Positions 8,982 to 17,161 of a stretch of 64,000 nucleotides of DNA are shown here, piece after piece. Within the stretch, counting starts at the first letter, position 1. Every line of letters begins with the position of its first letter. The stretch comes from Longimicrobiales bacterium. Lineage in GTDB: Bacteria > Gemmatimonadota > Gemmatimonadetes > Longimicrobiales > Gaopeijiaceae. The notes under the pieces were generated by a model. That model was given only the letters and a program-made list of their open reading frames with translations. It was not told the origin of the DNA and did not search any database. The stretch is from contig OZ220732.1 of NCBI GenBank assembly GCA_965116905.1, positions 192,001 to 256,000 of the forward strand, read 5' to 3'. The translations under genes and the position numbers were made by a program.

Positions 8982-9856
8982 AATGCGTCCTCCCGGGCCG
9001 ATGCGCTTTCCCCGATCCGGCCCGCGGCCCGCGCCAACCCGCGCGCTTCGGAGTACCCGGGCCGCACCGACACCCCGAGCCCGGCCAGCGCCCGCTTGAC
9101 CTCCTCCACCGTCCAGTTCCGCTGGTGGAAGATCGACGCCGCCAGCACGGCATCGGCCCCGGCGCGAACCGCGTCGGCCATGTGTTCGGGAGAATCGGCG
9201 CCCCCCGACGCAACGATCGGCACATGCACGGCGGAACGCACCGCGCCCAGCAGGGTGAGCTCGTAGCCGCTGCGCGTGCCGTCGCGGTCGATGCTGGTCA
9301 GCAGAATCTCGCCGGCTCCGCGCTCGACCGCCTCCCGCGCCCACGCGACCGCGTCCCGCGCGACCGGTCTGGTCCCGGAAAGCACGACCACCTCGTAGCC
9401 GCTGTCCCCGCCACCCGTCCCACGTGGCCCTCCCGACTGGCCCGCTCCACTCCCGCGCCGCAGCGCGTCCAGCGAGACCACCACGCACTGCGACCCGAAC
9501 CGCCCGGCCAGGTCGGTCAGCAGCGCGGGGCGCCGGAGCGCGGCGGTGTTCACGGCCACCTTGTCGGCGCCCGCCTCCAGGAGCGCCGCCGCGTCCTCGA
9601 TCCCGCCGATCCCGCCCCCGACGGTCACCGGCACCGACAGCCGGGCCCGCACGGCGGCCACCGTGTCGAGACGGGTGCCGCGTCCTTCGGGGGTGGCCGT
9701 CACGTCCAGCACGACGACCTCGTCCGCTCCCTGCTCCTCGTAGGCCAGGGACAGCGCGGCCGGGTCGCCCTGATCCTCCAGACCCTGGAACCGGACCCCC
9801 TTCACGACCCGTCCGTCTCGGACATCGAGGCAGGGGATGATGCGAACGGGGAGCAC
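8978..9856 (-). CDS. hisF: Imidazole glycerol phosphate synthase, cyclase subunit
   Basis: RIIPCLDVRDGRVVKGV, GADKVAVN, GAGEILLTSIDRDGT, ASGG, LAASIFH. Confidence 0.97.
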   Translation of the reverse strand: MLPVRIIPCLDVRDGRVVKGVRFQGLEDQGDPAALSLAYEEQGADEVVVLDVTATPEGRGTRLDTVAAVRARLSVPVTVGGGIGGIEDAAALLEAGADKVAVNTAALRRPALLTDLAGRFGSQCVVVSLDALRRGSGAGQSGGPRGTGGGDSGYEVVVLSGTRPVARDAVAWAREAVERGAGEILLTSIDRDGTRSGYELTLLGAVRSAVHVPIVASGGADSPEHMADAVRAGADAVLAASIFHQRNWTVEEVKRALAGLGVSVRPGYSEARGLARAAGRIGESASAREDAL

Positions 9857-9859
9857 GGG

Positions 9860-10474
9860 TCAGGCCTCCAGCCAGCGCGTCAGGAGCGCCTTGCCGTAGT
9901 CGCCCGACAGTTCGGGGTGGAACTGGCAGCCGACCACGGGGCCGCGCTCCACCGCCGCCAGAAAGCGGCCGGCGTACTCGCACCAGACGGGCAGCCAGCC
10001 GTCCGGGGCGGTCGCGAGTCGATAGGAGTTGGCGAAGTAGGCGTAGCCGCGCGGCACGATCTCGCACCGGTCGTCCGGGGTCACCAGGTTCCACCCCATC
10101 TGCGGGACTCGCCAGCCTTCCTCCCCGCTCTCGTAGCCGTCCACCACCCCGTCGAACACGCCGAGACCGGCGACGCCCGGCGCCTCCTCGCTGCCGGTCG
10201 CCATCAACTGCATGCCGAGGCAGATGCCGAGGGTGGGCCGGCCCCGCTCGATGCGTTCCCGCAGGGCATCCTCCAGACCGTGCGCCGCAATGGCGCGCTG
10301 GGCCGCGGCGAAGGCGCCCACCCCCGGAAGCACCAGCCGTTCTGCCGCGGCCACATCGCCGGCGTCGTCGGTCGCGCGAACGCGGCATCCCAGGCGCTCG
10401 AATCCCGTCAGGACCGAGGCCAGGTTGGCGGTGCTGGTGCGAACGACGGTGACCGCAGGGTGCCGTGGCGTCAC
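9860..10474 (-). CDS. hisH: Imidazole glycerol phosphate synthase, glutaminase subunit
   Basis: LVLPGVGAF, LGICLGMQL, VPQMGWN, GCQFHPELS. Confidence 0.96.
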   Translation of the reverse strand: MTPRHPAVTVVRTSTANLASVLTGFERLGCRVRATDDAGDVAAAERLVLPGVGAFAAAQRAIAAHGLEDALRERIERGRPTLGICLGMQLMATGSEEAPGVAGLGVFDGVVDGYESGEEGWRVPQMGWNLVTPDDRCEIVPRGYAYFANSYRLATAPDGWLPVWCEYAGRFLAAVERGPVVGCQFHPELSGDYGKALLTRWLEA

Positions 10475-11121
10475 AGGACCCCCTTCGTGGACGGCACATC
10501 GTCACCGCCGGCCGGCGCCAGCGCGGCCTTCAACGCCAGCGCCACAGCCTTGAAGCACGCCTCGATCCGGTGGTGGTCGTTGGCGCCCCGGATCACATCG
10601 ACATGCAGCGTCAGGCCGGCGGTCTGGGCGAAGGACTGGAAGAAGTGCGGCACCATCTCGCACGACAGCGCGCCCACGCGATCCCGCCGGAGATCGAGTT
10701 CGCCGGCGAAGAACGGGCGGCCCGAGACGTCGACGACGGCGCGCGCAAGCGCCTCGTCCAGGGGCGCATACGCGTGCCCGAAGCGCACGATGCCGCCGCG
10801 GCGATCGCCCAGCGCCCGCGCCACAGCCTGACCCAGCGCCAGTCCGGTGTCTTCGACGGTATGGTGGTCGTCGACCTCCAGGTCGCCGTCGCAGGTCAGT
10901 TCCAGCCCCCACCCCGCGTGGAAGGCCAGCGCGTGCAACATGTGATCGAAGAAGCCGATCCCGGTCTCCACCCGGACGGTGGCAGGCCCCGCCTCACGCC
11001 CGTCCAGGTCGAGGCGCACCTCGACCCTGGTCTCGCCGGTCTCGCGTCGGACGCGCGCAACTCGCGCCCGTTCGCTTGCGGAAACCGCTCCGCCGTCTCC
11101 GCCTCTGCCTGAGTCACCCAT
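10471..11121 (-). CDS. hisB: Imidazoleglycerol-phosphate dehydratase (monofunctional)
   Basis: RETGET, TGIGFFDHML, DDHHTVED, PLDEAL, NDHHRIEA, VPSTKGVL. Confidence 0.96.
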   Translation of the reverse strand: MGDSGRGGDGGAVSASERARVARVRRETGETRVEVRLDLDGREAGPATVRVETGIGFFDHMLHALAFHAGWGLELTCDGDLEVDDHHTVEDTGLALGQAVARALGDRRGGIVRFGHAYAPLDEALARAVVDVSGRPFFAGELDLRRDRVGALSCEMVPHFFQSFAQTAGLTLHVDVIRGANDHHRIEACFKAVALALKAALAPAGGDDVPSTKGVL

Positions 11122-12793
11122 CGAACAATCCTCCGAAATCGCTGTCAGCCTTGACGACACGGGCGGCCCCCGCGTCCTCGAGCGCGGTCCACAGGGCCGC
11201 CGCCGCCTCCTCGGGCTGTCCCGGCGGCACGACCCCCACCGGCACCACCCCCGCCCCCACCGCCGCCCTCACGTCGTCGGGGGTGTCGCCCAGCATCCAC
11301 GCGGTCCGCGCGTCGAGCTGCTCCAGCGCGCCTCGCACGGGTGCCGGATCGGGCTTGAGCGGCGCGTCTTCACGGCAGACCACCGCACTGAAACATCCCC
11401 GCACCCCCTGCTCACGCAGGAAGCGCAGGGCGTCGGAGCGCGGCCTCCCGGTCACGATGCCCAGCCTGTACGACCGCGCGAGCCGTTCGAGCAGCTCACG
11501 CGACGGGATCAGCGTCTCGTGGCGGCGCAGCCCCGGCGCATCGTCGGTGCCCTGGTAGATCTCCTCGAAGCGCGCCGTCACCTCTTTCAGCGAGGCGTCA
11601 ACCCCCGCGCCGGCCAGCACCCCGTGCGTCACCGCCCAGTCGTCGTTGGCGCGCCCGGCGGCCTTCACGGCGCTGATCACGTCGTGTCCGGCCTCCACGC
11701 CAAACGACGCGCACGTCCGCACGATCGTCTCCCGGTACGACCGCCGCACGTCGGCCAGCACGCCGTCCATGTCGAAGAGCAGCGCGTCCGGCCGCTCCAG
11801 GCACCCCAGCGCCTGCTCCACACGGCGGAACTCCGCGTCGTCCCGCGGCACCGTGATCCGCACGTACTCCGGCAGGTGCGTGAAGTAGCGCACCAGCACC
11901 CCCTGCGCGGCCATGCCACGCAGGATCCAGCGCGCGTCCGGAAACGACGAGAACACGAAGTTCGTCTGCGACGGCTGCGGTACCCCGCCGATCCCCCGGA
12001 TCACCTCGGCCAGCCGTTTCCGCCGCTCCCGCACGTAGTCGACGAATCCCCGCATCTCGTCCACGCCGTTCTCCAGCCGGTCCAGCGCGATCGCGATCGA
12101 CGGTCCGGTCAGCGCGTACGGTCCCCCGTAACCGCGCAGCACGTCGATCCGCTCCTTCGCGCCGACCGCGAAGCCCACACGCAGCCCCGCCAGCCCCCAC
12201 GACTTCGACATCGTGCGGATCATCACCACGCGCGGGATCTCGAGGAGTGCCGCGGTGTGATCCTCGTCCGCGAACTCCGCATATGCCGAGTCCACCAGGA
12301 GCACCACTTCGGGCGGCAGCGCGTCGGCCAGCCGCAGCAACTCGCGTGTCGTGAACGCCCGGCCCGTCGGGTTGTCCGGCGTCAGCACCGCCACCACACC
12401 CGTCGTCTCGTTCACCTCGGACAGAATCTCGTCGTGGGGCAGCGTCCCCCACTCGTACTCGACCGGAACAAGCCGCCCCTTCGCCATGCGCGCGCACGCC
12501 GGAATCATCTCGAAGGTGGGTGTGGGGAAGACCATCTCCCGGTCTGGACCCAGAAACGCCCGGAAAACCCGGTCGATGGCGTCGTCCCCGCCGGTCGTGA
12601 CCAGCACGTTGGCGGGATCGGTGCCGAGGTACGCCGCGTAGGCCTCCTCCAGCGGCCTGGGGTCCGCGTACTTGCGCAGAATCCCGGGCCCGATCCGTTC
12701 CAGCACGTCGAAGCACTCCCGCGGAGGCGGTTCGCCCTCGTTCATGCTGAGGTCGATGACGTCCCGCATGGCTCCCTTCATGGCCCCGCTCAT
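11114..12793 (-). CDS. hisC: Histidinol-phosphate aminotransferase fused to a C-terminal HAD-family phosphatase
   Basis: PDNPTG, VDSAYAEF, RTMSKSWGLAGLRVG (PLP Lys), followed in frame by LLFDMDGVLAD, IVTGRP, KPDP, MLGDTPDD (HAD motifs I-IV). Confidence 0.92.
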   Translation of the reverse strand: MSGAMKGAMRDVIDLSMNEGEPPPRECFDVLERIGPGILRKYADPRPLEEAYAAYLGTDPANVLVTTGGDDAIDRVFRAFLGPDREMVFPTPTFEMIPACARMAKGRLVPVEYEWGTLPHDEILSEVNETTGVVAVLTPDNPTGRAFTTRELLRLADALPPEVVLLVDSAYAEFADEDHTAALLEIPRVVMIRTMSKSWGLAGLRVGFAVGAKERIDVLRGYGGPYALTGPSIAIALDRLENGVDEMRGFVDYVRERRKRLAEVIRGIGGVPQPSQTNFVFSSFPDARWILRGMAAQGVLVRYFTHLPEYVRITVPRDDAEFRRVEQALGCLERPDALLFDMDGVLADVRRSYRETIVRTCASFGVEAGHDVISAVKAAGRANDDWAVTHGVLAGAGVDASLKEVTARFEEIYQGTDDAPGLRRHETLIPSRELLERLARSYRLGIVTGRPRSDALRFLREQGVRGCFSAVVCREDAPLKPDPAPVRGALEQLDARTAWMLGDTPDDVRAAVGAGVVPVGVVPPGQPEEAAAALWTALEDAGAARVVKADSDFGGLFDG

Positions 12794-13665
12794 GGCACGA
12801 TCTGCTGCGGTTCCGACACGACCAGATCGGTGCCGCCCCGCGCCTTCACCTCGAGCAGGAGCGCCGGCAGCGCCGTCCTGGGCACCGCCGCGCGCACCGC
12901 ATACCCGCTCTCGCCGTGCAGCCGCGACACCGTGGGCTCGCGCATGCAGGGCAGAACCGAGATGACCCGCTCGAAGTCCTCTTCCGACACGTTCAGCTCG
13001 AGCATCACCCGCCGCCGCGCCTCCAGAACCGACTTGAGGAGGAGGACGAGGTCGTCGATCCGGGCCCGGCTCGCCGGGTCGTCAAGGGCTGCGGGATTGG
13101 CGTAGAGACGGGTCGAGGAGAGCATCAGCGTATCCGCGACGACAAGGCCGTTTCCGCGCAGTGTCGCTCCCGTTGCGGTGTTGTCGACGATGAGGTCCGC
13201 GTCCTCGGGCGGGAACACCTCGGTGGCCCCGTAGGACCGCACCACATCGGCCTCGAAGGGCTGGTCCGCCGCCCACTCCCTCACCAGCCGCACGTACTCG
13301 GTCGCCACGACCAGGCGGCGGCCGGCCGGAAACGCTCCGCCGTCGAGCAGCGACTCGGGCGCCGCCGCGACGACCTTCACCGGGTCGAGCGCGGTGTCGA
13401 GCAGTTCGACCAGGTCGGCGTCCAGCTCGGCCACCCAGTCCGCGCCGGCGAAACCGATGTCGCGGGACCCGGCATCGAGCATCTTCACCACGTTCTGCGG
13501 CTTGAGCAGCTTGGCCTCGAAGCCGGGCCACGAGAGCACAGGCCGATAGTTGCGCGACCCCAGGTGGACGTCGATCCCGGCCTCGGCCAGCAGCGCGAAG
13601 ACCCCGCCCTGCATGTGCCCCTTGGGCAGGCCGATGTGGATCGGGGGGCAAGCTGCAGCACTCAT
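12790..13665 (-). CDS. hisG: ATP phosphoribosyltransferase, long form
   Basis: IGLPKG, DIGFAGADW, VATEY, GATEVFPPEDADLIVD..ATGATLRGNGL, C-terminal regulatory domain (PTVS). AGGAG upstream of ATG 13665. Confidence 0.95.
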   Translation of the reverse strand: MSAAACPPIHIGLPKGHMQGGVFALLAEAGIDVHLGSRNYRPVLSWPGFEAKLLKPQNVVKMLDAGSRDIGFAGADWVAELDADLVELLDTALDPVKVVAAAPESLLDGGAFPAGRRLVVATEYVRLVREWAADQPFEADVVRSYGATEVFPPEDADLIVDNTATGATLRGNGLVVADTLMLSSTRLYANPAALDDPASRARIDDLVLLLKSVLEARRRVMLELNVSEEDFERVISVLPCMREPTVSRLHGESGYAVRAAVPRTALPALLLEVKARGGTDLVVSEPQQIVP

Positions 13666-13714
13666 TTCCGGTTTTCGTCTCCTCGCCGGCCTGCCCCGGA
13701 ACCGGCCGGCGCAC

Positions 13715-13748
13715 AAAAAAGCGCCGACCCCCCCGAGGAAGCCGGCGT
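13715..13748 (-). terminator. his attenuator (intrinsic terminator)
   Basis: Minus-strand RNA CGCCGGCUUCC-UCGG-GGGGGUCGGCG-C-UUUUUU: an 11-bp stem including G-U pairs plus a U6 tract, between the leader ORF and hisG. Confidence 0.85.
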
Positions 13749-13781
13749 TTGGGTATCCCGTGCTTTCGTACGGCTACACCG

Positions 13782-13847
13782 TCACGCGGCCGCCTCTCCC
13801 AGGTGGCCGTGATGATGATGCGTGGCGTAGCAGACACAGGTATTCAT
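13782..13847 (-). CDS. hisL: his operon leader peptide MNTCVCYATHHHHGHLGEAAA
   Basis: Reverse complement: atg aat acc tgt gtc tgc tac gcc acg cat cat cat cac ggc cac ctg gga gag gcg gcc gcg tga. Five His codons among six consecutive codons, directly upstream of the terminator and hisG. Confidence 0.88.
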   Translation of the reverse strand: MNTCVCYATHHHHGHLGEAAA

Positions 13848-13856
13848 AGGGCCCTA

Positions 13857-13886
13857 ATTGTCACAAGGACCGCCGCTGGATGTCAA
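13857..13886 (-). promoter_or_regulatory. Sigma70-type promoter of the his operon
   Basis: TTGACA, 18-nt spacer ending TGT, then GACAAT (extended -10-like), 9 nt before the leader ATG. Confidence 0.65.
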
Positions 13887-13896
13887 GCGGACCCAC

Positions 13897-13955
13897 CGGA
13901 GCCCGCGCCGGATACGGAGCCCGCGCGTCGGATACGGGGCCGCACCGGATACGGG
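13897..13955. repeat. Imperfect 17-20-bp tandem repeat x3 between the his promoter and the TA module
   Basis: cggagcccgcgccggata / cggagcccgcgcgtcggata / cggggccgcaccggata / cggg. Confidence 0.8.
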
Positions 13956-14006
13956 CAGCCGCGTCGCCCCGGGTCGAGGGCCGCGTCCTGATCCCGGCCG
14001 CGTCCC

Positions 14007-14036
14007 TTGATCGTATACTATATAATTATATACATT
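14007..14036 (+). promoter_or_regulatory. AT-rich TA promoter with a palindromic operator
   Basis: TTGATC-18-TACATT; perfect 14-bp palindrome TATATAATTATATA at 14019-14032 in the spacer. Confidence 0.6.
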
Positions 14037-14072
14037 AGATTATGGATACTTTATGTTGAATACCTCTCTCCC

Positions 14073-14327
14073 ATGAAACCAATCCAGGTCACGTTCGACG
14101 AGACGCTGCTTGCCAGGCTGGACCGGCATCCCATGGTCCGTGAGCGCGGGCGGTCCGCGGTCCTGCGCAAGGCCGCCGCGGACTTCCTGAAGCGCCAGGA
14201 GGCCGAGGAGATCGACCGCCTGTACCGTGCCGGCTACGCCAACGCCGCCAGGGGCGACTGCGAACTGAGGGACCGGCCCGGAGAGCTCGAGGACTGGGCC
14301 GCCCAGGGAGTGTGGCCCGGAGAATGA
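14073..14327 (+). CDS. Ribbon-helix-helix (CopG-like) antitoxin
   Basis: MKPIQVTFDETLLARLD...RSAVLRKA RHH pattern; ATGA overlap with the toxin. Confidence 0.85.
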   Translation: MKPIQVTFDETLLARLDRHPMVRERGRSAVLRKAAADFLKRQEAEEIDRLYRAGYANAARGDCELRDRPGELEDWAAQGVWPGE

Positions 14328-14650
14328 ACGGCCGGCCACGAAGAGGCGAAGTCTGGCTGTATGCCTTCAAACCGCCGGACAAGCGGCGCCCTGTAGTCGT
14401 ATTGACACGTGAATCCGTGCTTCCGCTTCTCCGCACGGCCATGGTGGCGCCGGTGACCTCGACGATCCGCGGTCTGCCCAGCGAGGTGCGGGTGGGGGTC
14501 GCCGAGGGTCTCAAGCGCGACTCAGTGGTGAACCTCGACTGGGTGCAGACGGTCGAGCAGCGGCGCCTGAAGCACTACATGGGGTCTCTCGACGACGACA
14601 GGATGGCTCAGGTCTGCCGCGCACTCGCGGTCGCCACGGGTTGCGACTAG
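14324..14650 (+). CDS. mazF: MazF/PemK-family endoribonuclease toxin
   Basis: RRGEVW, KRRPVVVLT, VAPVTST, SVVNLD..QTV. Confidence 0.92.
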   Translation: MNGRPRRGEVWLYAFKPPDKRRPVVVLTRESVLPLLRTAMVAPVTSTIRGLPSEVRVGVAEGLKRDSVVNLDWVQTVEQRRLKHYMGSLDDDRMAQVCRALAVATGCD

Positions 14651-14700
14651 CTTCGTCCCAACCGACACCCCACGCGCACACCCCCCAACCCCATGCGCCC

Positions 14701-14925
14701 ATGAAGATCCCGCGCTCCCACTACCTCCCCCGCACGCGCAACGGTCGGATCGCGACCGTAGCCTTCATCGTGGCGATGGCGCTGGCCCAGCCGCCGATCG
14801 TCCACGGCCTGGTCAACCGGACCGAGCCCTGGATCCTGGGGATGCCCTTCATCTTCGCGTACCTGCTCGCCGCGTACATGGTGGGCATTGCGGTTCTCAT
14901 CTGGGCGCACCGGAAGGGGCTGTAG
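14701..14925 (+). CDS. Small 2-TM membrane protein (DUF3311/DUF485-like symporter partner)
   Basis: Two hydrophobic segments and NRTEPWILGMPF; its stop abuts the symporter ATG. Confidence 0.8.
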   Translation: MKIPRSHYLPRTRNGRIATVAFIVAMALAQPPIVHGLVNRTEPWILGMPFIFAYLLAAYMVGIAVLIWAHRKGL

Positions 14926-16410
14926 ATGGAACCCTGGGTCGTCTCAACCGGGCTGATCTTCATCTACCTGATCGCGACCATCGTGATCGGGGTCCTGGCC
15001 AACCGGAAGGGCACGGCGAACATGGAGGACTTCTTCCTCTATGGACGCCAGGCCGGGTTCATCGTGCTGTACCTGACGGTGGTGGCCACGTTTCACTCCG
15101 CGTTCGCGTTTCTCGGCTCCGGCGGGTTCTTCTATACCCACGGGATCGGGTTCTGGATGGCGGGCACGTGGACCGTGCTGGTGGGCGCGATCACCTACAC
15201 GCTCGGGACGCGGATCTGGGTGCTGGGCAAGAAGTTCGGCCATATCACGCCCGCAGACCTGATCGCCGACTTCTACGAGAGCGAGACGGTGAGGGTGATC
15301 GTGGCGCTGGTGTCCGTAGTCTTCACCCTGATCTACATCCAGGTGCAGGCGCAGGGGCTGGGCATCATCCTGTCCGTCGCGACCGGGGACCGAATACCGT
15401 TCGCGTGGGCGTCGGGTCTGCTTCTGGTCGTGGCCGCCGGGTACCTCATGGTAGGGGGATTGAGGGCCGTCTACTGGACCGACGTCATCCAGGGGATCTG
15501 GATGTACATCGCCGTGTGGGCGGGAAGCCTGCTCCTGACCTACAAGCTCTTCGGCGGGCCCGTCGCACTCTGGCGGAGGCTGGCCGCCGAGCGTCCGGAC
15601 CTGCTCTCGCTGCCCGGCCCGGAGGGATTCTTCACGCCGGGGGTCTGGGTGGGCATGACCGTCGCGCTCTCCTTCGGGATCATCCTCCAGCCGCACATGA
15701 TGATCCGGTACTTCACGGCGGCGTCGGACAAGACCATGAAGCTGCTGGGCGCCACCACCCCGATCTACCTGATGACGCTCTTCATACCGGCCGCGTTCGT
15801 CGGCCTCGGCGGGGCGCTCATCCTGCCCGAGCTGGAGACGGCCGATCGCATCTTCCCGGAACTGCTGACCGCCTACGCTCCCGCGTGGCTCACCGGACTG
15901 ATCCTGGCCGGCGCGACGGCGGCCGCGATGTCCACCCTGGACTCGATTCTGCACTCCAACATGACCGTGCTGACGCGTGACGTGTACCAGCGCTACGTCG
16001 CCCGCGGCCGCAGCGACCGGCACTACCTTGCCTTCGGGCGCTGGCTGGTGGTAGCGCTGCTCGGCGTCGGCTGGGTGCTTACCGTGTACAACTTCGACTT
16101 CCTCGTGACGCTGGTGACGCTGTCCGGAGTGGGCGCGCTGCAGCTGCTGCCGGCTGTACTTGGTGTGTGCTATCCCGGACGCCGCCTCACGACCTCCGCA
16201 GGGGTGATCGCGGGAATCTGCACGGGCCTTCTCACCGTCTACCTGACCCAGGTGGTTTGGCCGCAACCCCTCGGCATCCATGCCGCGCTGTGGTCGCTGG
16301 TGGCCAACTTCGCGGTCACGGTTGGGGTGTCGCGCTTCACGCGCCCGCCATCGGACGCGACCGTCGAGAGGGTCCACGGCGAGGTGGAGCGCTTCGTGTA
16401 CGGCGACTGA
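14926..16410 (+). CDS. Sodium:solute symporter family protein
   Basis: About 13 TM segments; EDFFLYGR, SAFAFLG, GGLRAVYWTDVIQG, AAAMSTLDS. Confidence 0.93.
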   Translation: MEPWVVSTGLIFIYLIATIVIGVLANRKGTANMEDFFLYGRQAGFIVLYLTVVATFHSAFAFLGSGGFFYTHGIGFWMAGTWTVLVGAITYTLGTRIWVLGKKFGHITPADLIADFYESETVRVIVALVSVVFTLIYIQVQAQGLGIILSVATGDRIPFAWASGLLLVVAAGYLMVGGLRAVYWTDVIQGIWMYIAVWAGSLLLTYKLFGGPVALWRRLAAERPDLLSLPGPEGFFTPGVWVGMTVALSFGIILQPHMMIRYFTAASDKTMKLLGATTPIYLMTLFIPAAFVGLGGALILPELETADRIFPELLTAYAPAWLTGLILAGATAAAMSTLDSILHSNMTVLTRDVYQRYVARGRSDRHYLAFGRWLVVALLGVGWVLTVYNFDFLVTLVTLSGVGALQLLPAVLGVCYPGRRLTTSAGVIAGICTGLLTVYLTQVVWPQPLGIHAALWSLVANFAVTVGVSRFTRPPSDATVERVHGEVERFVYGD

Positions 16411-16644
16411 GCCCGGCGCGTCAACCCGCGTCGACGCCCGGGACAGGGGCTTCGATCACCGAAAAATCCAACTCCGGCCCCGTCGTATCGCCGAACGGGG
16501 GCGCTTGACGGGCGCGCTGAGTCCCAAAAATCGAAATTTGGGCTCAAAATCGTATACACAAGCTTGCGCACTCTTGCGCACCGGAGGTGCAATCCCCATT
16601 TTCGCCCCGTTCCCCAACCAGTCCACTCCAAAGAGGAGAGAACC

Positions 16645-17016
16645 GTGGACAAGAATTGGGTAGTAGGATCCGTTGTCGCGGGCATCGCGATGTTCGTGGT
16701 CAACCTGATCCTGGGGGCGATCAATGTCGATCTGCTGTCTGCCTCCATGGGAGCCGCGTTCACCGCGAACTCGATCGTGGGTCACCTGTTCGCAGGTGCC
16801 GTACTCGCGACGGTGCTCGGCTGGAACGGGGCCAGCGACGCCGCTGGCGCGGGCAAGGCGGGAGCGACATTCGGTGTCCTCCTGGGCCTTGCCGGCCAGA
16901 TCGGTGGCATGGGCTTCGACGTCATGGGCCTCATCGGCGCCATTCTGACCGGCGCCATCGTCTACGGCGTCAGCGGTGCCGTCATGACAATGGCACCCAC
17001 GGGGGGGGGCGACTAA
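16645..17016 (+). CDS. Small 4-TM membrane protein of unknown function
   Basis: GAGGAG RBS then GTG; Gly-rich hydrophobic helices; followed by a hairpin. Confidence 0.7.
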   Translation: MDKNWVVGSVVAGIAMFVVNLILGAINVDLLSASMGAAFTANSIVGHLFAGAVLATVLGWNGASDAAGAGKAGATFGVLLGLAGQIGGMGFDVMGLIGAILTGAIVYGVSGAVMTMAPTGGGD

Positions 17017-17026
17017 TTCATTCACG

Positions 17027-17054
17027 ACCTCAGGGCTGGAACCGGCCCTGAGGT
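17027..17054. terminator. Stem-loop between convergent genes
   Basis: acctcagggctg-gaac-cggccctgaggt, 12-bp stem; no strong U-tract. Confidence 0.6.
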
Positions 17055-17161
17055 TCAACGACGACCGCTCTCTGAGCCGGACCGCCGCCACGGGTGCTAG
17101 GAGCCCCCGGGATGGCGGATGCGGAAGCCAGGTCCGCGATCGGCTCAGGGGGCGGTCGTGC

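Noticed and set aside
9400..9460. Gly-rich insertion in HisF
   Set aside because: A low-complexity loop insertion; catalytic motifs are intact.
7686..10505. 939-aa ORF suggesting a giant His fusion
   Set aside because: The first ~500 aa are an off-frame reading of hisH/hisF; real homology starts at GTG 8981.
17001..17009. G9 homopolymer as a phase-variation switch
   Set aside because: It lies in the last few codons, so slippage would alter only the extreme C-terminus.
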